64,000 nucleotides of DNA, from the NCBI GenBank assembly GCA_033764015.1, contig JANRJK010000019.1, positions 4,872 to 68,871 of the forward strand. The letters are read 5' to 3'. Both the position numbers and the translations under genes were made by a program. This document shows positions 16,211 through 25,622 of this stretch, piece by piece. Numbering within the stretch: position 1 is the first letter of the stretch; every line of letters begins with the position of its first letter. The notes under the pieces were generated by a model, which did no database searches, was not told where the DNA came from, and saw only the letters and a list, made by a program, of their open reading frames with translations. This stretch comes from Candidatus Sumerlaeia bacterium (GTDB lineage: Bacteria > Sumerlaeota > Sumerlaeia > SLMS01 > JANRJK01).

Positions 16211-18259
16211 ATGGCACCCAAGGCCAAAGTCCTCGTCTTTCCACTCGCCGCCGCCGGGAACACGCACCTCAGCAGCTCGAACCGCCTCGCGCGCGGCCTG
16301 ACCGAGTACGTCCAGGAGCGCCTCGACCGGCTGCCTGGGGTCGAGGTCCTAACGCAGAAGCTGCTCCTTTCCGCCGAGGGGCCCGACGGCCCCATCGAAG
16401 CGCCGATGCCGGGCGCCGTCTGGACCCTTGAGCAGATCGTCGAAATGCCGATACCCGGCGAGCTGGGCGCCACGCACGTCCTGCACGGCGCCATGCGCCG
16501 GGACCGGGGCCAGTGGCAGCTCGACCTCCAGCTCGTCGAGCTCGAAGCCTCCATGGCGCAGTGGGAACAGCGCATCGGGCGCGGCGAGCAGGAGTTCCCC
16601 GCGGAGCTGCGCATCGCGATGCTCGACCTCGCGCGCCAGCTCGTCGGCGAAATGCCGGAGCACGCGCTCAAGTCGCCCCTCGATCCCCCCACGCGCCTCG
16701 CCGCCTCCTTCGAGCCGTACCTCATGGCGCTCGGGCACCTCGCCGCCGCCCGCCTTCCCGCCTATCCGCGCCAAGCCCTCGAGTGCATGCTCCAAGCGAT
16801 CGAGGCGGACCCGACCAACATCGAATGCGCCGAGCGGCTGAACGGCCTCCTCCTCTACTTCCTGTGGGAGGACAAGTCGCACGAGGCGGAGGCGATCTCC
16901 GTGCTGCGCCGCGCGGTCGAAACGCTCCCGGCCTACGCCCCGTTCCACGGCTCGCTCGGGATGTGGATGGCCTCGCACGGCAACGTCACCGCCGGCCAGC
17001 GCGTGCTCGAGCAGTACCTCACCCTCGAGACGGACCGCCAAGGCCGATCCCGCGGGCTCAGCATCCTCGGCACGCTCCACCGGTCCCAGGGCCGCCGCGG
17101 CGACGCCGCGAAGCTCTTCGAGGAGGCGGTCCTCCTCGACGAGGAGAACATCAACGCGTGGGGCGAACTCGCCGCCTGCCACGCCGAGGAGCAGCGGCTC
17201 CACGAGGCGAAGCGCTGCCTCCGCAAGGTGCTCGACCTCGATCCGGAGCACACCGGCGCCCTGATGAACCTCGGGAATCTGCTCTGGAACGAGGACGACC
17301 GCGACCGCTCGCTGATCCTCTTCGAACGCGCCCTCGCCACCGGGCGCGACCGCGACCCGGTCCGTATGCGACTCGTGCAGGCGTACCTCGCCGCCGGCCG
17401 CGTCGCCGACGCCAACGACATCGCCACCGATTGGGCGGAAGCCTCCGACACGCAGGCCATGCCCTGGCTGCTGCTGGCCCGCACGCGCCGCACCCTCGGC
17501 GAACTCCGCGCCGCGCGCTTCGCGCTCGACCAGGCGCGCCGCCTCGCCACCGCCGAGCCCGAGCGGCTCGAACTCGAAATGGAGGAGTTCGCCCTCGCCT
17601 CGCCGGGGGACCACGACCTGTTCCGCACGACGCTGGAAGCGGAGCTCGCCGCCCTGCCGCCGGCCCTGCGCGACCGTGGACGCTTCCTGCAGGCCGTCGC
17701 TGAGGCGCGCCCGGTCCTGACCACGGAGGAGGGCATGGCCCGCCTCGACGCGTTCTCCGGGCTCGCGGACCGCCACCGCGGCGTGACGCCGCTCTGGCTT
17801 GTGCTGGCGGAGGCGCGCCTCCGCCGCGGCCTCTATTCCGCCGCCGCCGAGGCCCAGCGCCATGTCGTCGAAGCGCTGCCGCTGAACCCCGCCCAGTGGA
17901 GCAGCCTCGGCGTTCTCCTCGCCCAGTCGTCGCAGCGCGTCGAGGCCCTCGACGCCTTCGAGAAGGCGTGCGGCCTCGCCCCCAAGGCTCCCCAGTTCCG
18001 CAGCAACTACGCGCTCTGCCTCAAGGAACTCGGCCAGGAGGAGCGCGCCGAGGGCGAATTCCGCAAGGTCCTCGCGCTCGACCCGAACGAACCGGTCGCC
18101 CGCAAGGAGCTCGGCGAGATGGAAGAGCGGCGCCGGGCGCGCGAGCTCGCGGCCCACGAGGCGCAAGCCGCGCTTCCCTCCCCGCCGGCGGGCTTGGTGG
18201 GCCGCCTGGCCGCCGCTCTAGAAAGCCTCGCGCGCTGGGCGCGCGAAAAGGCCGGCTGA
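16211..18259 (+). CDS. TPR repeat-containing protein
   Basis: Multiple TPR-like repeats (e.g. AWGELAACHAEEQRLHEAKRCLRKVLDLDPEHTGALMNLGNLLW). Start at MAPKAKVLVF (16211) is preferred over the Pro/Arg-rich upstream extension. Confidence 0.7.
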   Translation: MAPKAKVLVFPLAAAGNTHLSSSNRLARGLTEYVQERLDRLPGVEVLTQKLLLSAEGPDGPIEAPMPGAVWTLEQIVEMPIPGELGATHVLHGAMRRDRGQWQLDLQLVELEASMAQWEQRIGRGEQEFPAELRIAMLDLARQLVGEMPEHALKSPLDPPTRLAASFEPYLMALGHLAAARLPAYPRQALECMLQAIEADPTNIECAERLNGLLLYFLWEDKSHEAEAISVLRRAVETLPAYAPFHGSLGMWMASHGNVTAGQRVLEQYLTLETDRQGRSRGLSILGTLHRSQGRRGDAAKLFEEAVLLDEENINAWGELAACHAEEQRLHEAKRCLRKVLDLDPEHTGALMNLGNLLWNEDDRDRSLILFERALATGRDRDPVRMRLVQAYLAAGRVADANDIATDWAEASDTQAMPWLLLARTRRTLGELRAARFALDQARRLATAEPERLELEMEEFALASPGDHDLFRTTLEAELAALPPALRDRGRFLQAVAEARPVLTTEEGMARLDAFSGLADRHRGVTPLWLVLAEARLRRGLYSAAAEAQRHVVEALPLNPAQWSSLGVLLAQSSQRVEALDAFEKACGLAPKAPQFRSNYALCLKELGQEERAEGEFRKVLALDPNEPVARKELGEMEERRRARELAAHEAQAALPSPPAGLVGRLAAALESLARWAREKAG

Positions 18260-18336
18260 CCCCGCGCTCCCTTTCGCCGTGACAGCGCGGCGGAAGCGCC
18301 CCATCCTTGGTTCCGAGACCCTATGGATGCAGCGCC

Positions 18337-18552
18337 ATGATCAAGGTCGCCTGCCGTCAAAGCTCCTGTGCCTACTTCAACCGCCTGGAACTCGCGGCCG
18401 AGGCGCAAACGCACTGCAACTGCTCGCATCCCGAAAAGCGCCACTACCTCGGCGCCACGCCCTGCCCGCTCTTCCGCATGAACTGGGAAGGGGTCGAAAT
18501 CAAGGGCATCGACAAGGCCAAGGAACTGATCCGCTCGAAGCGGCGCATGTGA
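18337..18552 (+). CDS. small Cys-rich hypothetical protein (possible zinc-binding)
   Basis: 71-aa ORF MIKVACRQSSCAYFNRLELAAEAQTHCNCSHPEKRHYLGATPCPLF... with 6 Cys. No clear RBS; weak support. Confidence 0.3.
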   Translation: MIKVACRQSSCAYFNRLELAAEAQTHCNCSHPEKRHYLGATPCPLFRMNWEGVEIKGIDKAKELIRSKRRM

Positions 18553-18618
18553 CCCTCCGGCGACGTTGACCGCGCGCCGCTCCTCGCGCCTGCTTGTCGG
18601 CGAAACAAGGAGCGCACT

Positions 18619-19050
18619 GTGACCCAACCCGACTCCCCGCGCCGCGTCCTCTCCGACACCAGCGGCCTCACCCAGCTCGGCGCCCCGACCAAGGGCCCCA
18701 CGCGCCAGCTCGAGTCCTTCCCCTTCCGCCACGCCGGCCGCGACACCGTCGTGACCTTCCGCTGCTCCGAGTTCACGTGCTTCTGCCCCCTCACGGGCCA
18801 GCCCGACTACGCCGCGCTCGAGATCGCCTACATCCCCGCCGCGCGCGCCATCGAATCGAAGTCGCTCCGCAACTACCTCTGGAGCTACCGCGACACCGGC
18901 GTCTTCCACGAGGACCTCGCGAACATCCTCCTGGACGAGCTCTTCGACTTCGTCCAGCCCAAGTGGATGAAGGTGACCGCGCGCTTCAACGTCCGCGGCG
19001 GCATCGCGATCGACGTCGAGGTCGAGCGCTCCGCGCCGACGCAGGGTTGA
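18619..19050 (+). CDS. queF: NADPH-dependent 7-cyano-7-deazaguanine reductase
   Basis: EFTCFCPLTGQPDYAALEIAYIPA...ESKSLRNYLWSYRDTGVFHED...RGGIAI are type I QueF motifs. AAGGAG RBS lies 8 nt before the GTG start. Confidence 0.9.
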   Translation: MTQPDSPRRVLSDTSGLTQLGAPTKGPTRQLESFPFRHAGRDTVVTFRCSEFTCFCPLTGQPDYAALEIAYIPAARAIESKSLRNYLWSYRDTGVFHEDLANILLDELFDFVQPKWMKVTARFNVRGGIAIDVEVERSAPTQG

Positions 19051-19057
19051 TCCGGCG

Positions 19058-20722
19058 TTGAACACAGAAGGCAGCGGGACTCCACACCGGGGGATTCGCC
19101 CGGCGCTCCTCGCGGGGGGAGGCGTGGCGGCGCTCGCGCTGCTGCCACAGCTCCTGCTGTTCCGCGCCTACGTCAACGACGACGCGTACATCACGTTCCG
19201 CTACAGCGCGAACCTCGCGGCCGGCGTCGGGCCGTACTTCAACCCGGGCGAGCACGTGGAAGGGTACACCAACCCGTTGCTGATGCTGCTCGCGGCGTTG
19301 TGGATCGCGCTCGGCGGCGGCGATTCCGTGCATCTCTTCGCCAAGGCGCTCGGCGCCTTGTCCGCCGTTGGCTTGGTCCTCGTGGCGGCGTGGGCCGCGT
19401 GGCGCTGGCATCCCGACCGGGACGACATGTTCGTACCTGCCGCGGCGGCCTTCATCGCCGCCGCGTTCCTCTCGTTCACCCCCAACGTCGCGGTGAACGC
19501 CATGAGCGGCCTCGAAACGCTGCCCACCGCGCTGCTAGTGCTGCTCGGGATAGCCGCATTGGCGCTGACGGCGGAGTCCCGCCGTTGGCGCGGGGCGGGC
19601 GTGCTGTGGGGGCTGGCGGTCTGGTGCCGCCCCGAAGTGCCGCTGGTCTTCGCCGTGGCATGGTGCGCCGCCGCCGCGTGGGCCTTGGCCGCGGCAGGGG
19701 ATTGGCGCCGCTTCCCGCGCGCGCTCCTCGCCGACGGCTTTACCGCCTTCGGCGCGTTCCTGCTCCTCGTGGGCCTGCGCTACGCGCTCTATGACGGCGA
19801 GTTGGTGCCGAACACCTATCACGCGAAGTCCGGCGGCTTCGGGCGCGTCGAATCGGTGAGCTACCTCGCCGAGTCGTTGGCCCGCCCGTTCCTTGGCTGG
19901 CTGCCGCTGGTCGCGGGGTTCGGCCTCGCTGCGTTCGCGGCGAAGCGCGCCCCGGCTCTCGCGGTGCTGGGTGTCGCCGGTCTCGCGGGCGCGGCGCTCC
20001 CGATCTGGACGGGGGCGGACTGGATGATGGGCGGGCGCATGAGCGTCCCCTATCTGGCGCCGCTCGCGGTCGCGCTGGCGTGCGGCTGGTCCTGGGCGCT
20101 TTGCCGCGCGGCGCGACCCACGGGGTTGCGGCTGGCCGGGCTCACGCTCCTCGTGGTGGCCCTCTTCGCGGTCCCGGCGCGGCAGCGCCTGCTCACCGCG
20201 CAGAACGTCGCGGTGCGCGCCAAGGGGTACGAAACCGGGCACGGCGCCGTCGCTGCCTTCGTCGGCGGGAACGCGAAGCCCGGCGAGACGGTCGCGGTGA
20301 TGGACATCGGCATCATCGGCTACCGCAACCCGCGGCTCCGCATCCTCGATGTCAGCGGCCTCACGGATCGGGAGATCGCCAAGTCCCCCGGGGCCTTCCT
20401 GCAGAAGCTCTACGACCCCGCGTACGTCTTGGACCAGCGGCCGCGCTACATCGTGCACGCGCTCTACCGCCGCCCCGGCGCGCCGTACCGCGCGCCCGAG
20501 TCGCTCGACGGATTCCGCGGATGGACGCCGATGGAGGAGCGGCTGCTGGCGCACCCGGACCACCTGTCGGGCTACCGCAAGCGCGACTGGGAGGGGGAGC
20601 CCCCGCCCCGGGACTGGGTGGAGCAGCTCGCGCGGCAGCTCGGCGCCGTGGCCGCCTTCGAGCACGGCCACCCGGGCATCAGCTTCGTGCTGGTCGTCTT
20701 CGAACGGCAGGACGCCGGGTAG
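19058..20722 (+). CDS. polytopic membrane glycosyl/arabinosyl-transferase-like protein (GT-C fold, PMT/ArnT-like)
   Basis: The N-terminal DDAYITFRYSANLAAG motif sits in the first periplasmic loop, followed by about 10 TM helices and a soluble C-terminal domain. TTG start 8 nt after the queF stop. Confidence 0.5.
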   Translation: MNTEGSGTPHRGIRPALLAGGGVAALALLPQLLLFRAYVNDDAYITFRYSANLAAGVGPYFNPGEHVEGYTNPLLMLLAALWIALGGGDSVHLFAKALGALSAVGLVLVAAWAAWRWHPDRDDMFVPAAAAFIAAAFLSFTPNVAVNAMSGLETLPTALLVLLGIAALALTAESRRWRGAGVLWGLAVWCRPEVPLVFAVAWCAAAAWALAAAGDWRRFPRALLADGFTAFGAFLLLVGLRYALYDGELVPNTYHAKSGGFGRVESVSYLAESLARPFLGWLPLVAGFGLAAFAAKRAPALAVLGVAGLAGAALPIWTGADWMMGGRMSVPYLAPLAVALACGWSWALCRAARPTGLRLAGLTLLVVALFAVPARQRLLTAQNVAVRAKGYETGHGAVAAFVGGNAKPGETVAVMDIGIIGYRNPRLRILDVSGLTDREIAKSPGAFLQKLYDPAYVLDQRPRYIVHALYRRPGAPYRAPESLDGFRGWTPMEERLLAHPDHLSGYRKRDWEGEPPPRDWVEQLARQLGAVAAFEHGHPGISFVLVVFERQDAG

Positions 20723-20728
20723 TCCGGC

Positions 20729-22108
20729 TCAGCACTCGACCACGTTGACGGCGAGGCCGCCGCGGCTCGTCTCCTTGTACTTCGTCGCCATGTCGCGCCC
20801 GGTGCGCGCCATGGTGCGGATCACCTTGTCGAGCGACACCTTGTGCTCGCCGTCGCTGAGCATCGCGAGGCGCGAGGCGTTGATCGCCTTCACGGCGCCC
20901 ATCGCGTTGCGCTCGATGCAGGGGATCTGCACGAGGCCGCCGATCGGGTCGCAGGTGAGCCCCAGGTTGTGCTCCATGCCGATCTCCGCCGCGTTCTCGA
21001 TCTGCGCGTTGGTACCTCCCAGCGCCGCGGTGAGCCCCGCCGCGGCCATGGAGCACGCCACACCCACCTCGCCCTGGCAGCCGACCTCCGCGCCGCTGAT
21101 CGAGGCGTTCACGATGTACAGGTGGCAGACCCCCGCGGCGGTCAGGATGAAGCGGAACACGCCGTCCGGCGTCGTCTTGCAGAACCGGTGGTAGTAGTGC
21201 AGCACGGAGGGGATGATGCCCGCCGCGCCGTTCGTCGGCGCCGTCACCACGCGCCCGCCCGCCGCGTTCTCCTCGTTCACCGCGAGTGCGTACAGGCTCA
21301 CCCAGTCCAGCGCCGCCATCGGGTCGCCGACGTGGCGCTCCATGTTCTCCGTCAGCGAGCGGTGCATCAGCGGAGCTCGCCGACGGACGTGCAGGCCGCC
21401 GGGCAGCTCGCCGTCGGTCCTGATGCCGCGGCGCACGCAGTCCTGGAACGCGGCCCAGAGGCGCTCGACCCCGGCGCGGACCTCCGGCTCCGGCCGCAGC
21501 ACGCACTCGTTCGCCAGCACCAGCTCCCAGATCGCGAGCCCGTCGCGCGCGCACAGGGCCAGAAGCTCCGCGCCGGTCGAGTACTCGTAGGGGAACTCGC
21601 GCAGGTCGAGCTTCTGCACGAGGATCGAGCTGTCCGGCGCGGCGTCCGCGATGAAGCCGCCGCCGACCGAATAGTAGACTTTGTCAAGCAATTCGCCGCC
21701 GGCGCCGTCGAAGGCGGTGAACTGCATCCCGTTGCTGTGGCCGGGCAGGCGCTTCCCGCGGTTGAACAGGAGGTCGTCCTTCGTCGAGAAGTCCACCTCA
21801 TGGGTACCGCCGAGGCGCAGCCGCCCCGCGCGGGCGATCTCGTCGCAGCGCGGGTTCACGGCGGTGGGTTCGACGGTCTCCGGCGAGGCGCCCTCGAGCC
21901 CCATCAGGATCGCCTTGTCGGAATGGTGGCCCTTCCCGGTGGCGCCGAGGGAGCCGTAGAGCTGGACGAGGACGCGGGCCGTCGCCTCGAGCAGGTGCTC
22001 GTCGGTGAGCTTGCGCGCGAAGCGGTCGGCGGCGCGCATCGGGCCGACGGTGTGCGAGGACGACGGGCCGATACCGATCTTGAAGACGTCGAAGACGGAC
22101 GTGGGCAT
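20729..22108 (-). CDS. sdaA: L-serine dehydratase, iron-sulfur dependent, single chain
   Basis: [24 protein letters not shown]... is the canonical SdaA N-terminus (beta domain), with the alpha-domain Cys motifs downstream. True start at 22108; the upstream extension is rejected. Confidence 0.9.
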   Translation of the reverse strand: MPTSVFDVFKIGIGPSSSHTVGPMRAADRFARKLTDEHLLEATARVLVQLYGSLGATGKGHHSDKAILMGLEGASPETVEPTAVNPRCDEIARAGRLRLGGTHEVDFSTKDDLLFNRGKRLPGHSNGMQFTAFDGAGGELLDKVYYSVGGGFIADAAPDSSILVQKLDLREFPYEYSTGAELLALCARDGLAIWELVLANECVLRPEPEVRAGVERLWAAFQDCVRRGIRTDGELPGGLHVRRRAPLMHRSLTENMERHVGDPMAALDWVSLYALAVNEENAAGGRVVTAPTNGAAGIIPSVLHYYHRFCKTTPDGVFRFILTAAGVCHLYIVNASISGAEVGCQGEVGVACSMAAAGLTAALGGTNAQIENAAEIGMEHNLGLTCDPIGGLVQIPCIERNAMGAVKAINASRLAMLSDGEHKVSLDKVIRTMARTGRDMATKYKETSRGGLAVNVVEC

Positions 22109-22112
22109 AAGG

Positions 22113-22148
22113 GCGCTCCGGTGTTCAATATATTGAACAAAGGAGCGC
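22113..22148 (-). promoter_or_regulatory. 36-bp inverted repeat in the sdaA 5' UTR containing a perfect AT-rich 18-bp palindrome TGTTCAATATATTGAACA; candidate operator and/or SD-sequestering hairpin
   Basis: GCGCTCC-gg-TGTTCAATATATTGAACA-aa-GGAGCGC (22113-22148). On the mRNA the 3' arm contains the GGAG Shine-Dalgarno located 8 nt before the sdaA AUG. Confidence 0.55.
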
Positions 22149-22170
22149 GGCGACGGCAAGCGGAATCCCG

Positions 22171-22209
22171 GAAAAGGGCCGTCCCCCGGCGCGCGGCGCC
22201 GGGGGACGG
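22171..22209 (-). terminator. rho-independent terminator after rpsI
   Basis: 14-bp stem CCGTCCCCCGGCGC / GCGCCGGGGGACGG with a 3-nt loop, followed on the minus strand by CCCUUUUC. Confidence 0.7.
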
Positions 22210-22235
22210 GGAAGGCTCCGGTGGAACCGGGGCTG

Positions 22236-22637
22236 TTAGCGCTTGCTGAACTGGCTGCGCTTGCGCGCCTTGAGGAAGCCGTACTTGCGGCGTTCCTTCG
22301 CGCGCGGGTCGCGCGTGAGGAAGCCGGCCTTCTTGAGGGCGGGACGGTTCTCCGCATTCACCTTGAGCATGGCGCGGGCGATGCCGTGGCGGATCGCGCC
22401 GACCTGGCCCATGACGCCGCCGCCGTTCACGTTCACGAGGACGTCGAACTTCGTCAGGCTGTTCGTCTCGGCGAGCGGCGAGCGCATCACCGAGTCGATG
22501 CCGGTACGGCCCTCGAAGTACTTCTTCCAGTCCTTGCCGTTGATGATGAGCTTGCCCTTGCCGGGGCGGAGGTACACGCGGGCGACAGCGGTCTTGCGGC
22601 GCCCGGTGGCCAGGAATTGTTCCAGCGTGATAGCCAT
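22236..22637 (-). CDS. rpsI: 30S ribosomal protein S9
   Basis: [35 protein letters not shown]...[11 protein letters not shown], 133 aa. Confidence 0.95.
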   Translation of the reverse strand: MAITLEQFLATGRRKTAVARVYLRPGKGKLIINGKDWKKYFEGRTGIDSVMRSPLAETNSLTKFDVLVNVNGGGVMGQVGAIRHGIARAMLKVNAENRPALKKAGFLTRDPRAKERRKYGFLKARKRSQFSKR

Positions 22638-22669
22638 GGTTCCTCGGGTGGTCCTTGCGGGAAAGGGGG

Positions 22670-23131
22670 TCAGACCGTCTCGCGGGTCTGGATGTCGATG
22701 ACCTGCGGCTGCTGCGCCGCGTGCTGGCCCGTGTACTCGCCCGACTTGTAGATGCGGACGTGGCGGTCCATCACCGAGCCGAGGCGGTTCTTCGGGAGCA
22801 TGCCGTGGATCGCGCGGCGGAGGACTTCCTCCGGGCGGCGCTCGAGGAGCGCGCCGGCGGTCTCCGACTTCAGGCCCGTGCGGTAGCGCGAGTGCCAGTA
22901 GTACTTCTTCGACACCAGCTTGTCGCCGGTGAAGACCGCCTTGTCCGCGTTCTTGATGATCACGTGGATCTTGTGGTCCGCGTGCGGCGTGAAGTTGGGC
23001 AGGTGCTTGCCGCGCAGGAGCGTGGCCACGCGCGCCGCGAAGCGGCCCACGATCTGGCCCGCCGCGTCCAACTCGTACCAAGTTTCGGCGAGGTCTTGCG
23101 CCTTCGCCATCGTCGTCTGTCGTGCGTTCAT
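22670..23131 (-). CDS. rplM: 50S ribosomal protein L13
   Basis: ...[43 protein letters not shown]...[11 protein letters not shown]. Start at 23131 (MNARQTT); an alternative start at 23110 (MAKAQ) is possible. Confidence 0.9.
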   Translation of the reverse strand: MNARQTTMAKAQDLAETWYELDAAGQIVGRFAARVATLLRGKHLPNFTPHADHKIHVIIKNADKAVFTGDKLVSKKYYWHSRYRTGLKSETAGALLERRPEEVLRRAIHGMLPKNRLGSVMDRHVRIYKSGEYTGQHAAQQPQVIDIQTRETV

Positions 23132-23395
23132 CTGGTGTAAACCTGTGTGGGGGCGTCCGCTTGGGAAACGAAATCGCCGGTGCGCGAACGCCGGCCGTGC
23201 AGCGGCCCCGTTCACAAAGCAGGCGAGGGTAGCGCCTCCCCGCGGCGCGTCAAGCCCATTCCTTTACATCCCCGCCCCGCCGCGGCAGGGCCCTTCGCCC
23301 CCCGCCCCCCACACCTCCGTTGACGTCGCCCCGCCGATGGCGTCCCCTAGCGCCTCCGGGGGCGCTCACGCCGCCGGCCCGCGAAAGGAAACGCC

Positions 23396-23650
23396 ATGAC
23401 CGCCCATCTCGCCACCCTAGGCGCGCTCGCGATCCTCGGGCTCGGATACCAGGAACTCTTCGTCATCTTCCTGCTCGTCCTGCTCCTCGTCGGTCCCAAG
23501 GCGATCCCCGCGCTGGCCCGCGCGCTCGGTCAGGGCATGCGCGAGTTCCGCTCCGCCGCCAACACCTTCAACGACGAACTTACCAAGGAGCCGCCGGAGG
23601 AAGGCAAGAAGCCCTCCGTCGAGCCGCCCGCCACGACCGCCGGCAAGTAG
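23396..23650 (+). CDS. tatA: twin-arginine translocase subunit TatA/E
   Basis: LGYQELFVIFLLVLLLVGPKAIPALARALGQGMREFRSA is the TatA TM-plus-amphipathic-helix signature. Confidence 0.85.
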   Translation: MTAHLATLGALAILGLGYQELFVIFLLVLLLVGPKAIPALARALGQGMREFRSAANTFNDELTKEPPEEGKKPSVEPPATTAGK

Positions 23651-23743
23651 CGCCGCCCCCCCCCGCGTCCCCGCCCGGAGTTGTCCACCGGTCCCGCCCC
23701 CTCCACCCGGTCCGCCCGGCAAGGCCACGACCAGCATCGGTCG

Positions 23744-24643
23744 ATGCCGATCCTGGAGCACCTGGCGGAGCTGCGCTCGCGGCTGATCCGCGTCTGCCTC
23801 GCCGCCGCGCCGGCGCTCCTGCTCGCTTGGCTCGCCGCCCCGCACGTCATCCACCTCCTCACGCGCCCCTTCGACGAGCTGAACGAGCAGTGGCGCCGCC
23901 GCGAGTTGCGCCTTGTGGTCGACGCCGAGGGCCTCGTCCGCGCCGAGGGGCTTGAAGCGCTTGCGCGGAGCGGCGCGAAGCTGGACCGCATCGCCTTCGT
24001 CTCCGCCGCCGATCCCGCGACGGAACTGCTCTGGCTCGGCACCACCCCCTCCGGCATCATCTACTCCACCCCCGCCGGGCCGTTCACCACGACCATGAAC
24101 GTCTCGCTCATCCTCGCGCTCGTCTTCGTGTTCCCCTACGTCCTGGGCGAACTATGGGGGTTCATCAGCCCCGGATTGCTCGAGACCGAACGCCGCTGGG
24201 GCGGCCCCTTCGTCGTGGCCGGAGCCGCGCTGTTCGCCTTCGGCGCGGCCTTCGCCTACTTCAGCCTCAAGTTCGCCCTCATTTTTTTCTCCGGCTTCAT
24301 CCAGGAGGGCGCCTTCTACTACAACGACATGACGCGCTACCTCGGCTTCGTGCTGCTCACCATGGCGGCCTTCGGGGCGCTCTTCCAACTGCCGCTCGCG
24401 ACGCTCCTCGCGGTGCGGCTCGGGCTGGTGCGCCGGAGCTGGCTCGCGGAGCGCCGCCGCTACGTGTTCATCGCCCTCCTCGTGGTCGCCGCCGTCGTCA
24501 CGCCCACGCAGGACGCTTTCACGCTAGCACTCATGGCGGGGCCCTTGTACGTACTGTTCGAGATTTCCTTGGCGCTGAGCCGACTCGTCGAACGCCCCGA
24601 CCCCGCCGGGGAGGCGTTCGCCGCGCTCGACAGCAGCGCCTAG
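23744..24643 (+). CDS. tatC: twin-arginine translocase subunit TatC
   Basis: MPILEHLAELRSRLIRVCLA... with six TM helices, typical TatC. Confidence 0.9.
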   Translation: MPILEHLAELRSRLIRVCLAAAPALLLAWLAAPHVIHLLTRPFDELNEQWRRRELRLVVDAEGLVRAEGLEALARSGAKLDRIAFVSAADPATELLWLGTTPSGIIYSTPAGPFTTTMNVSLILALVFVFPYVLGELWGFISPGLLETERRWGGPFVVAGAALFAFGAAFAYFSLKFALIFFSGFIQEGAFYYNDMTRYLGFVLLTMAAFGALFQLPLATLLAVRLGLVRRSWLAERRRYVFIALLVVAAVVTPTQDAFTLALMAGPLYVLFEISLALSRLVERPDPAGEAFAALDSSA

Positions 24644-24653
24644 CGGACCGGCG

Positions 24654-25622
24654 ATGAGCGACGAAGCAACCGGCGGCACGATCCTCTACCTCGACCGCGA
24701 CGCGGAAGCCTCCGCGCCGTTCCTCGAACTCGCCCGCCGATTCGCCGCCGTCGAGGTGTACCCATCCCTCGACCAGCTCTTCACAGCGCTCCACGACCGC
24801 GACGGCGCGACCGTCCTCCTCGACTGGGACACGCTCCGCGACACGCCGACGAGCGCCCTCGGCGGCCTCCGCGACCTCCGCGGCAGGGTCCCCATGGCCG
24901 CCGTCGCCGGCCAGCCCTACGAGGACCACTTCTCCGACCTCCGCCGCTGGGGCATCCTCCAGGTCGGCGTCAAGGCGCCCCCCCTCGACGACTTCGAGTT
25001 CGGCCTCTTCCTCCGCTCCGTCCGGGCGCCCATCGAAGGCTTCGGGCTGCTGCGCTACATGGCCAACACCTGCCAAGTGCACAGCCTCGCCATCCGCACG
25101 ATCCACGGCAAGATCGAGGCGATCGAGCGCGCCATCAACCACTTCGCCACCATCGGCTTCAACATCCACGAGCTCTACGACGTCCGCCTCACCCTCGAGG
25201 AGCTCTGCAACAACGCGCTCTTCCACGCCTTCCGCACCCCCGGCGGCGCCGAGAAGTACTCGATCCGCGAGTTCATGCAGCTCGACGACGGCGAATCGGT
25301 GCGCCTCGATTTCGGCAGCGACGGCGCCACCACGGGCTTCGCCGTCACCGACAGCTCGGGCTCGCTCCCGGTCCGCGTGATCCTCGCCAAGCTCGAGCGG
25401 CACTTCAACCGCGAGGGCCTGCTCGACGATAGCGGCCGCGGCCTCTACCTCACGCGGATGCTCTCCTCGCAGATGATCGTCAACATCGAGCGCGGGCGCC
25501 GCACGCAGTTCATTGTGCTCTTCGACGACCGGCGCAAATCGCCCCGCCCCAAGCCCTTCGTCGTCAACTACGTCGGAACGGACACGTTCGACGAGTGGGG
25601 AATCGATCCGGACTTCGACTGA
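24654..25622 (+). CDS. receiver-like domain fused to a GHKL ATPase of the RsbW/SpoIIAB type (HATPase_c_2)
   Basis: The N-terminal part, TILYLDRD...TVLLDWDT, is REC-like with acidic-pocket and phospho-acceptor-like Asp. The C-terminal part, LTLEELCNNALFHAF...DSGRGLYLTRMLSS, carries anti-sigma-factor-kinase motifs. Confidence 0.55.
   Translation: MSDEATGGTILYLDRDAEASAPFLELARRFAAVEVYPSLDQLFTALHDRDGATVLLDWDTLRDTPTSALGGLRDLRGRVPMAAVAGQPYEDHFSDLRRWGILQVGVKAPPLDDFEFGLFLRSVRAPIEGFGLLRYMANTCQVHSLAIRTIHGKIEAIERAINHFATIGFNIHELYDVRLTLEELCNNALFHAFRTPGGAEKYSIREFMQLDDGESVRLDFGSDGATTGFAVTDSSGSLPVRVILAKLERHFNREGLLDDSGRGLYLTRMLSSQMIVNIERGRRTQFIVLFDDRRKSPRPKPFVVNYVGTDTFDEWGIDPDFD

Noticed and set aside
16349-18166. 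605-aa minus ORF antisense to the TPR gene
   Set aside because: Shadow ORF. The TPR repeats on the plus strand are clear.
19535-20671. 378-aa minus ORF and 20080..20748 plus ORF over the membrane transferase gene
   Set aside because: Arg-rich alternative frames. The plus frame from 19058 encodes coherent TM helices.
20843-22249. 468-aa plus ORF antisense to sdaA
   Set aside because: sdaA on the minus strand is unambiguous.
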